64,000 bases of DNA from Tubiluchus corallicola (lineage: Eukaryota > Animalia > Priapulida). The notes under the pieces were generated by a model. That model saw nothing but the letters and a program-made list of their open reading frames with translations. It did not search any database and was not told where the DNA came from. The stretch lies in the NCBI GenBank assembly GCA_030141605.1, contig JAQGDQ010000047.1, forward strand, positions 124,001-188,000. The letters run 5' to 3'. This document shows positions 36,331 to 46,225 of this stretch, piece after piece (position 1 is the first letter of the stretch; each line of letters begins with the position of its first letter). The position numbers and the translations under genes are program-made.

Positions 36331-37524
36331 TCACTTCTGCTTTCCATGTTCTAAAGCCATATGCTGTTTTAAACTCTGTGAACGGGTGTATGCTTTACCA
36401 CAGCTTTGACACTTAAAAGGTTTTTCTCCTGTGTGTGTCCTTATGTGTGAGATAAGATTTACTTTCTGAACAAACCCCCTGCCACAATAATTGCATTTAT
36501 GCTTGCGATCATTAGTGTGTATTGGATAATGAGCGTACAAAATGCTCTTAGTTTTGTATGAAATGCCACAGATACCACACTTGAACAACTTCTCCGAACT
36601 GTGACTCTCTACGTGTCTCTTTAGGTTTCTCTTGCTACGGAAGTCCTTTCCACACATGGAACACAAGAAAGGCCGCTCGGGAAAATGCCCAGCCCGGTGG
36701 GCGGATAATGATGGTGACTGCCGATAACATTTACCACATATATCACATTTGAAAGGCTTTTCCCCACTGTGAACCAACATGTGCTTGTCCAAGTCTCCCT
36801 TTTGCTTACAAGTTTTACCACACAATTCACAGACGTGCAAGTTACGGTAGCTGTTGCCATGTTTAAAGCGCATGTGGAAATTGAGCCGTCTGTAGAATTT
36901 GTTGCAAATTGTACACACACCAGTCTGACGATAACGAAGTCGCTTATTTTCTTGTTGTTTACTAGCCTCTCTATCAGGTTCTGATTGAACAGCCTTTTTA
37001 GAATAGACGCCAATATTCAACGTCATGTTTTTTTCGTCACCTACATTCTCTATCACATCAGCCTTTGGTATTTCACTACAGTGGCTAATTAAATTCAGTT
37101 TTGGGCCAGAATTTGGTACGGTTATTTCCTGTAGTACCAGGTCAGAAGATGCATCAGTTGCAGAGTTGATCACAGTTAGCTGAGGATCGTCAGAGAGTTC
37201 ATAGATTGTACCATCACATATTTCATTGATAAGTTCAGATTTTATTACAACGTCGTCAGGAATTGCATGCGATTCATTTTCAATTACATTATCACTGGCA
37301 GGAATGTGCGATGAAAGAACATCGTTCTTTGCATCACAAATTGCATCTAAGAAATTGTCCGAGCCACTTGATGCATGCTCAATGCCGTTTTCATTTAAGT
37401 CACTTTCAAATATAATAATTTCAGAACAGTGATCAGACCTACAATGGACAAAAAATTCATCTTCTGTCCGAAATATCTGTGAGCAAGTCAAACATTTGAA
37501 GTAAACTGTCAATTTACCTTCCAT
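36331..37524 (-). CDS. C2H2 zinc-finger protein, paralog 5, 397 aa
   Basis: MEGKLTVYFKCLTC...HCRSDHCSEIIIFE plus 7 fingers; acceptor ttttattttgtag| at 37586-37585. Confidence 0.92.
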   Translation of the reverse strand: MEGKLTVYFKCLTCSQIFRTEDEFFVHCRSDHCSEIIIFESDLNENGIEHASSGSDNFLDAICDAKNDVLSSHIPASDNVIENESHAIPDDVVIKSELINEICDGTIYELSDDPQLTVINSATDASSDLVLQEITVPNSGPKLNLISHCSEIPKADVIENVGDEKNMTLNIGVYSKKAVQSEPDREASKQQENKRLRYRQTGVCTICNKFYRRLNFHMRFKHGNSYRNLHVCELCGKTCKQKGDLDKHMLVHSGEKPFKCDICGKCYRQSPSLSAHRAGHFPERPFLCSMCGKDFRSKRNLKRHVESHSSEKLFKCGICGISYKTKSILYAHYPIHTNDRKHKCNYCGRGFVQKVNLISHIRTHTGEKPFKCQSCGKAYTRSQSLKQHMALEHGKQK

Positions 37525-38399
37525 GCCTCTGCAGTGTGTTCAGGTAATTTAACTCAATTAAGTTATCTTCTGGACAGTTAAACCCTACAAAATAAAAAAG
37601 GCAAAACAAAATTTATGAGATCTAGCAGAAAGCTTATCAACTTCCACATAATAGAGAATTGCAAATTAAACAAAAATACCTAATTTTTACCAAATTCATG
37701 ATACATTAAACCCAAAATATGTTGCTTTTATACATTGTCACTAGCGTGCATATAGAATAAACGTGAATGTGGGCATATTTAACTTCAAATCGAGTTTCAA
37801 ATCCAAGTAATCCAACATTTAATCAAAGCTCAAGTTCCTGTCTAATAGTAATAAACTATTCTTGTTAATTGTGGTGTTGCCTTGCCTATTACTGTACTAA
37901 ATTCATTGAGGCATTTGCGTTTTTAAGTTTGCTATACAATGGACCACTTGTGTAAGACAAATCATTTTACAAATGGCTTAATACTTTAGTAGAAATTTTA
38001 CAATGGTGTTATATTGCTTACGTATAACATAAAAATGATATTACAACTTGCAGGAAATTATTCAAGTTATTCATTACATTTAAGAAATACTTCAGATAGG
38101 TTCAAATCTGACACAGGTACAAGTTATACTAACTGTGAGGTCTTACTAACAAATCTCTGTCCCTGAAGGCCTGCTCAATTAATAGGCACGCTAGTAACTG
38201 CAAAACTAAATACTTGATTAGTCAGTTTAAAAAGTATGCTGTTAAAAAAGCTATGTATTTTGAATTTTCCTGATGTACTGTTGAAAATACATTTAACTCC
38301 ATAGAACATCAAAAAGTTATCAATTGAGAACAGATGTAAACACACCCTGTAAATCTAGACTTTAAACATTTTACTTTAGGCATAATATATTAACATGGC

Positions 38400-39292
38400 T
38401 ACAGACAATGAATACCAACTGAACAAGGAACTGAAATGCTTTTATAGGCGAGAAGGTGGAATTTATTTACTTATAACACGTCTGTTCTTACATTGAACGT
38501 TACTGCATTTTCGGTGACTTTGTGAAAGAACTGGACACAGAACTAAATAAACTTTGAATGAGTATGGAGAATTTACTAGTAATACTACTGAGGGCGTTCT
38601 AGAAAGCATTGGTCATAAATGCCCAAATCTAACCAATATACAAAACTGTCATGCTGTAAATTGGGACAATGCGACAGATAGACATATTACTGGTAGCCGC
38701 AATATAACTTACTCAACATTACCAGAAGTACATCCTCCGTACCATGCGTTATTGCATGAACATAATGACTGCACGTCAGTTGAACTACTGAACTACTGAT
38801 TATACAACTACTGGGACGCATTTCACACGGCTTCAACTCTACCTGCAATTGCTAAATACACCAGAATGAATAATGAAGATTGTAGTCAATAAAAGCATTC
38901 CTAGAAGGATGTGGGGAGATACTATTCTAGCATGCATAACTCAGCAGAGAATGGGAATCTGCCCGAAGAATTGTCAAGGGCTCTGATAATGGAACTAGAT
39001 TCCACACCTCGATTTACGGTTCACGAATCCAAGCCTGCATACGAGAACGAAAACTACACAAGTTGTCGGGCTCAGATGGCCTACGAGCTGAACACTATCG
39101 ATATGCTTCCCATAGTCTTTCAATTCATCTATTACTCCTGCTTTCTGCATGTGTAATATATGGTTATCTACCTGAGCCACTGATGGTGTCTATTTTAGTA
39201 CCGCTTGTTAAAAACAAAAATGACGATTTAACCTTAAAAAACAATTACAGGCCAATAGCCATCTCGACCATCTAGTTGATATATATCATCTG

Positions 39293-39355
<63 letters not shown>

Positions 39356-40185
39356 AGGTATTCTGTCGAACATGGCATACAAGTGAATTGATCAAAGCAA
39401 AATTAATCTACTGTTAAATCAAGTGTCATTTCACAAAAATATCATTTAGCTCGTTGTACGTAAAAAATTATAGAATAAGCTCATGTTATCAAGAAAAATA
39501 CTTAGGATATATCATAGCTTCAGACAACAAAGGCAATGTAGACATCAAAGACAACGTTTTCTGTTTTACTGCAAAGCAAACAAACTGCTAAGTACTTTTA
39601 AAACTGTAGTAATGACGTAAAATGGTAATTGATAAACAACTATTACTGTATGGCTACATGGAGAAACTATAATATTAAAAAACTAAAGGTAGCATACAAT
39701 ATACTACTGCATAAATTTTTCAGAAAACCATTTGAATTTAGTGCACGACAATTGTGTATCCAATATTAAAATACTTTAGCCTATATATAAGGATAACAAA
39801 CAGTAGTAATACCATTTTGAATCAGTTATGTAACAGTGATATTGGATACACATCAAGTATAACACTATATGGCGATCAATATCATATACACATATATATA
39901 TATATATATGTGTGATTATTAGTTTATTTTATTTATACAGTAGGGAATTAGGTTACAGAAGGTTTAGCAGTTTTGTCAAATATACATGCTAAATGGCGAT
40001 CAATATTATATATATATATATATATATATGATTATTTTATTTTATTTATAAGGGAATAAGACTACAGACGGTTTAGTAGCTTTTTGTATGTGTATGTTTG
40101 TAAATAGTATTTATGATTTGTGTGTGATTGTATGTGTTATACTATACACACTGAGTGTGCAATAAAAAGTTTAATTCAAACAAAT
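38400..40185 (+). mobile_element. Heavily deleted LINE (RTEX-like) remnant, antisense within the putative first intron of ZNF-5
   Basis: ORF 39063-39275 GSDGLRAEHYRYA...GYLPEPLMVSILVPLVKNKNDD...NNYRPIAIST; KYLGYII at ~39496; AATAAA at ~40161; ~125-bp tandem duplication in the 3' UTR; (TA)n at 39296-39351. Clade assignment tentative. Confidence 0.75.
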
Positions 40186-40668
40186 TCATATATACTATGC
40201 TAAATTCTTATGCGGAAATTCTCTCTGTAGACACTCGCAAACCAAGTCTGCAAAAGCACTACCCAAAGCACATTCTCTAACTACTAATAACTAATAAACT
40301 ATTTTTCTTATATAGTTGATATTTTTCAAACCTTACAAGAGATAAATAAATTTATCTAAATCTGAGAAATCAAAACAATCTTTTTGTGTGATTAATTTGA
40401 AAAACAATAATTGGGGTAACATAACAACCCGTAAGGATTCTTCCCACATTTTGCCATCCTACATGCACACGGATAGAGTTAAGATATGACAACAACTGAT
40501 AGGAAGGCGAGGCGGATAGTTTACAACACATTATATTACTTATTATTAGTATTACTTTTAGCAGGTTTCAATAAAATTTTTGTAACTAAAAAGTAATCAC
40601 TGAACAACGAATAAACGATCAAACACTAAAATATGTTACTAACACTAACATTAAAGTGTAACGGCCTT

Positions 40669-40826
40669 ACAAACGCGTCGTCTACCAGCCAGTTTAAAAA
40701 GAAACGTAAAAATAATTATAATAAATTAATACTTTTTCGTGAAAACTTCGTATCAGGCTACATACAATTTTACTTGGCGAACAGCAACAGGCGGCCAAGA
40801 CCACGAGAAGGCGCACCGCTTTTATA
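40669..40826 (-). promoter_or_regulatory. Putative promoter (TATAAAAG at 40826-40819) and non-coding leader exon for ZNF-5 (and possibly ZNF-4)
   Basis: TATA-like box on the minus strand, a CpG-richer segment, and donor-like sites GTAAAA (40773) and GTAAGG (40670). Inferred. Confidence 0.4.
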
Positions 40827-40912
40827 GTTATACGATTCAAGTTTAATGACTTTTTTGTTATTCCATGCCCAATAGAATGAAATTGGGAAATTGTATCTGT
40901 TGTGATAGTAGC

Positions 40913-41314
40913 TAGGGGTGTGCATCGAACGCTCGAGTTCGAACATTCGAATCGAATTCAAACGCTCGAATTCGATTCGAACGAGTTTTTTTAATTCGAA
41001 CTCGATTCAAATCCAAAACTATAGATTCGAATAATTCAGCACTTCAATCACATATGTTCCTGATCATTAAAACGATTGAAACATCATGCAATTAGCACAA
41101 TTTAGCTGTGATTTCTGCGAACAACTTTAAACAAATTACTAGTCGTTTTATTGCAGAACAAAATCTAGTGATATGCATGATCTTTGTAAGACTAATTTTT
41201 AGTGGTGGTTCGAAAATCGTTCAATCTCAATTCGAATTCCGTTCGATTCGAATTCGAAAGTCACAAATTCGGCTCGATTCGAATTCGCTTTCTGATAGAG
41301 AATGCCCACCCCTA
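40913..41314. mobile_element. hAT-superfamily MITE with dense TTCGA/TCGAA subterminal repeats
   Basis: TIR taggggtgtgca ... tgcccaccccta; perfect 8-bp TSD atagtagc (40905-40912 and 41315-41322). Confidence 0.92.
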
Positions 41315-42757
41315 ATAGTAGCACGTATTTTTTGTGAAGTATTTTGCCAGGATTGATTAATTTACCTTGATTAGTTTTGTAAACGCACATCACAATAGAA
41401 ACTGATTTATATTAGGTATCAAATTAAAGCCGTGTTAAAGGTCCAAAACACAGAATTTTTTTAGAGCAGGCATTATTGGTTCTGTGTTATTAAATTTTCC
41501 CAAACGTGTACCATCATTACTCTTGTGATATTATAAAGATAAGGAAATGTTACCAAATCACAAATTGACAATAGTCTCACTCAGTACAATTAAACTTGGC
41601 AATAAATTCAATTGCTTTATTTATTCGCAACTAATATTTATACAAATGTATGCACAAATAATTTAAAACAAAAGTACATACAACATAAGTGTATATAAGG
41701 ATACAAGTGTACGTACCAGGACTGGATTTACCATGTCAGAGCTCTAGTCTTGTCGTACACTGCATTGATCTCCATTCCATCTTAATTTCATAATCTTGGT
41801 TTCACCATCACTTCATGTCGTATCAACGGGTACTCCATTTCTTTATCCCCTCATTTCGTACCACTTCAGCTGTCAATCCAGTTTATCAAGTTTTGGTTTG
41901 TCGCCTCTCCATCTCTCTTCTAAACTAGTACAGTGGTTACAGCTTAAGTTTCTCATCACATGTCGGTCTAGCTTGCCCGCCTGTGTCAACCAACTTAGTG
42001 GGAGTAAAAACAATCATTCTAACTTGCCCAACTCTGTCAAGAAACTTGATTTCCCCAAGAACTGGGTGATCGAGGAGTTACGGGAACCATTACTGAAGTG
42101 TATTGCCAGATTAGAAGCAATAGTTGAGGAATGCATTTGGTTAGGACACATATCCGTTTGTTAGGACGATTTCTGATAGAACTGCTAAATTGTCCAACCA
42201 TTGCTTGCCTTGTATGTCAACTTTGCACACAGCTAGTTCCTATAAGCCATGTATACTGAGTATCAAATAAACATCATCAGAGTATCTGTCTTGAACAGTT
42301 TCCATGTTGTCGATCACAGCGTTGTTATTTGAAACTGCTATGCATACTGGATTGCTGGGTCAGAGAAAGTAATGTTGCATGCTGCGCAGTGCTAAGTAGA
42401 GAACCAGAATCCAAGCAAAGAATAAAGATCCGAGTGATTTTTGAATGGTTCACATTGCACATTTTTGTCTGTTAATGTTGCACATCATAAACTTGGACGT
42501 GCGACATGCGTGCTCTATGTAGAGCAATAACTCCTACTTTGAAGGGAATACACCCATTGGGGGTGGGGGGGGTGCTAGACCCCTTCCTAGAAAAGCTTTG
42601 ATACAACTGATAATGTAATAAATGCCCGATAATAAAAATCAACCCATAATGTAAAAACTTAATGCATAATGTACGACCCCAAAAACGCCTATTGTATAAC
42701 ACCACAGCAATACATATACATACATAATCTTTATTTAAAATCGGGTCTACAACGGAA

Positions 42758-42900
42758 CTTCTTCTTCTTCTTCTTCTTCTCAGCTTTTCCCTATGCGGAG
42801 TCGCCGTTGTGAATAAGTCGTCTCCATGCATTCCTGTTGTTGACCATCTCTTCATTTATGTTCTTCTCTCTAAGGTCTCCGTTAATACATTCGAACCAAC
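42758..42900 (-). mobile_element. 5'-truncated RTE-clade LINE 3' end with (GAA)n tail
   Basis: Minus strand reads WFECINGDLREKNINEEMVNNRNAWRRLIHNGDSA* followed by ggaaaagctga(gaa)n, a typical RTE terminus. Confidence 0.8.
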
Positions 42901-43000
42901 TCAGCTACGTTATATGAACTACGTTATATGAACTACGTTAGCCAAATAGGCTATTCATACCGACTAAAATACACTATGCTAAAAAAATTGTATTACAGGT

Positions 43001-43555
43001 GTTGGCATCCTTCTGTCTCGGAAGACAATGGAGTGTGTGTCAAGAGAGTCAGTTATTGATCACATTGATGGAACTGGAGCGTTGACTGCGGCTGAGCAGA
43101 CCGATCCTTGAATCACTGGAATGGCCTCTCCAGCGCGCACGCCTGGGCAGGGTGTATGAAGATCCTGAGTTGCCCAGACAACAGGAACCGCCTCTCTTCC
43201 TCCCTGGTGTAGTCCAAAGGAAAGCGGAGCGATAACGTTTGGCACCAGGTTGGCTGCAGGAGCTGCCGGAGTCAGTGAGCATGCTGCACTGGTCCGCCTT
43301 CGGGACTCCACTCCTGATTTGGAAGGTTTACTCCTCTACACATGGCCGTTGGGTCACTTGACCTCCTCCGCCCTCTAGCCGTTGGCTGCTTGTGCAGCTC
43401 CTTCGCCTAGTGTCGAGATACAGTGTGGGCAGCCCGCAAGCCTACAGCACCTGGTATTCCTAGGCGCTCACCCATCCAAGTACTAACCAGGCTCTACGTT
43501 GCTTAACTTCGGTGATCAGACGAGAACCGGTGTTTTCAACGTGATATGGCCGTAG
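43001..43555 (-). mobile_element. Candidate 5S-rRNA-derived SINE (SINE3 type) with RTE-like body and 3' end
   Basis: The 5S head runs without an oligo-T terminator into a GC-rich body. The 3' part encodes SRIGLLSRSQR (decayed RTE C-terminal SRIGLxSH motif) and ends ccattgtcttccgagacagaaggatgccaac. No TSD identified. Confidence 0.7.
43438..43555 (-). rRNA. 5S rRNA-derived sequence (nt 3-120), probably a SINE head or pseudogene rather than a functional 5S gene
   Basis: ctacggccatatcacgttgaaaacaccggttctcgtctgatcaccgaagttaagcaacgtagagcctggttagtacttggatgggtgagcgcctaggaataccaggtgctgtaggctt. Box A (agttaagc) and box C (tggatggg) are present. The first 2 nt are replaced, there is no T-run terminator, and it is a single copy rather than an array. 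Confidence 0.9.
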
Positions 43556-43559
43556 TTTT

Positions 43560-45010
43560 TAATGTAGACATTAGACATACAATGTATTACACTAGACATA
43601 CAATATTACTCTAATTGGAAATAAAATCAAAAGATGAGAAACAAAAGTGAAAATGGGGTATTCTGCAAAATACAAAATAAAATACAAGCAAGGAGAAAAA
43701 CAAGACAGTCACAAAATAATATTTAAAAAATGGGCATCACTTAATTCTGAGAATATGAGAAGATTATATGAAAATTAAAAAGTCAGAAAACAGCAAAAAT
43801 TGATTCACTAAAACAATGAAGATACAAGTACTTAAAATTAATTAATACAAATTAGGTAGCACAAGCTGAGCATCTACATATGTCCCCGCCCCATTTATTA
43901 ATTTGCCTCAAGAAATCATTATAGTCTGTGGTGTGCGCAAATGTTTAGCAATTCATTCCTAATTTTAGAAGCTGAATATCGAAAAGTTCTTTTTCCATAT
44001 AACTCTGTGCGTACTCTGGGAATATTTATGATGTTATCATATCGCATTTGATGAACTCTCAGATTGACCATGTTATAAATATAAGCTTTCCAGACAGAGT
44101 TTATGTAGAATTTTAAACACCTCTAATGCTATTAATCTTTGCCTATTTTCCACAAGCTGCCAACAATGTGTCATAATTACTAAAGTAATCATTAAAGACG
44201 AAACATAAGGCATTTTCTTGTAATTTTTGCGATTTTTGTGTTTGTTGCAACTAATAGACAATAGTTGAAATTAGAAGATATGAAAGCGTGGAAAATAGCC
44301 ATTTTACAGTTTACATTTAGTAAAGTTGACAGACGTTTTGAAACATTAATTTGACAAGAGGTACGCCTGCAAAAGTTTGAAATATGTTCGTTAAAGTTGA
44401 AATTAAAATCAATGTTAACATCTAAAATTTTGACCTGAATCTGCATAGTTAATTTCCATAATAACGCTTAATAACTTCAGTTTATCATGTGTCCTTACAC
44501 CAAGACCAATTGCCTGGAATTTAACTAGCATTTGCTTCTTAACGGTGCAAATGAACCAATTTAATAATCTTGAATAGTTTTCACTAAGATTATGTACGAA
44601 ATTTTCAAAATTTTCAGATATGCAAGACAGCGTGTTATCATCAGCATGACTGAATAGTTTACAATCAGTCACACAATCAAAAATGTCATTTACAAAGATA
44701 TTAAATAACGATAATGGACCCAATAAAGATCCCTGTGAGCACGTTTGTCTGTATGTTCCCATTCACTAGAGACTGAACCTAGTGTAACACATTGAGATCG
44801 GTCACACAAGTAACTACCAAATCAAACTAAGAGCTTTATGTGAGACGCCATAAATTTTCAATTTTTGTAACAGTAAAGAGTAGGGTACACAGTCAAAAGC
44901 TTTTGATAAGTCCACCAGCACTGAAACACAAAATTTCTTTTCACCTAGAGCTTTTTTACAAAATTCAGCTAAGGTTAACAGTGTTGTTTGGCAGTTATAT
45001 TTTTTCTGAA
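43560..45010 (-). mobile_element. Decayed LINE reverse-transcriptase 3' half (CR1/L2 group) with 3' UTR
   Basis: QTTLLTL...DLSKAFDCVP (ORF 44814-45080); QGSLLGP, HADDNTL (44415-44762); ISSNFNYC (44192-44446); C-terminal WGGDICRCSAC at ~43860-43893. Confidence 0.9.
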
Positions 45011-45669
45011 AATAAAAGCAATGCATAATTTTGTAGTAGCAGAACGTAATAACTAGAAAAATTAATGTTACTTGGTACAATTTTAGTATTTATAGTAAAG
45101 TGTATAAACTTTTATTTTTTGAAATATGAAAGTGGTGCTCATCATTAAACCAGGGTTTCACGGCATGGCCAGCCTTTTTTGTGACGATCGAAATATGTCT
45201 AAGTCCAACAGATTGTCAAAAAGTTCTCTCGGGTGTGTTTTGTCGCAAATATTTCGTGCAGAATTCGCCACATTTCGTGACATTTTTGCGAGTTTAGGGT
45301 TTTTTCTCGAGCGAAAATCACGAGAATGTCACGATTTCTGCGACACATGACATTCGCCTTCTCGAGTATATTGCGACCACTTTACGAAAATTTCATGGAA
45401 TTTTCCCAGAAAGAAATACGCGACTACCGAGGTTTGTAAAAATGGTGCAAAATAGTCGCAAAGTCGTTGCAAAATGTTCGACAAGTGTTTGTGAATTTTG
45501 AACTAATTTGCGAGAAATTTGCGCACGTTCCTGCAAGTTACGACAACTTTTTTAAACATTTTAGCATACTTCTTTTGTACGCCATTTTAATTGTTTTGCT
45601 TGATGAGTGGGGCTCGAACGCTCAAACCGTGGACAGTTTCCCGCGCTTTTTCGCTCACATGGCTTCAAC

Positions 45670-46225
45670 AATTATAATATATTATATATTATATGATATA
45701 TATAATATTATATTATTACAATTATATAATATAATATAACATAACATAACATAACATAACATAACATAACATAACATAACATAACATAACATAACATAAC
45801 ATAACATCACATCACATCACATCACACCACACCACACCACACCACCCCATCCCATGTTATGTTATGTTATGTTATGTTATGTTATATTATATTATATTAT
45901 ATTATATTATATTATATTATATTATATTATATTATATTATATTATATTATATTATATTATATTATATTATATTATATTATATTATATTATAATATATTAC
46001 ATTACATTATATTACATTACATTACATTACATTACATTACATTACATTACATTACATTACATTACATTACATTACATTATATTATATTATATTATATTAT
46101 ATTATATTATATTATATTATATTATAATATATTACATTACATTATATTATTATTATATTATATTACATTACATTACATTACATTACATTACATTATATTA
46201 TATTATATTATATTATATTATATAT
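45670..46225. repeat. Compound pentanucleotide microsatellite (ATAAT/ATAAC/ATCAC/ACCAC/ATGTT/ATATT/ACATT)
   Basis: Direct inspection; explains ORFs 45854-46359. Confidence 0.95.

Noticed and set aside
41548-42506. Possible solo LTR on the minus strand (ends TAACA at 41548, AATAAA upstream)
   Set aside because: The other terminus and TSD could not be established.
43330-43437. HDV-like ribozyme in the RTE-like body
   Set aside because: Only a ggctgc/gcagcc stem is visible; I could not build the nested double pseudoknot.
43438-43557. Functional 5S rRNA gene
   Set aside because: The first two nucleotides are replaced, there is no oligo-T terminator, it is a solitary copy, and it is fused to retroelement-like sequence.
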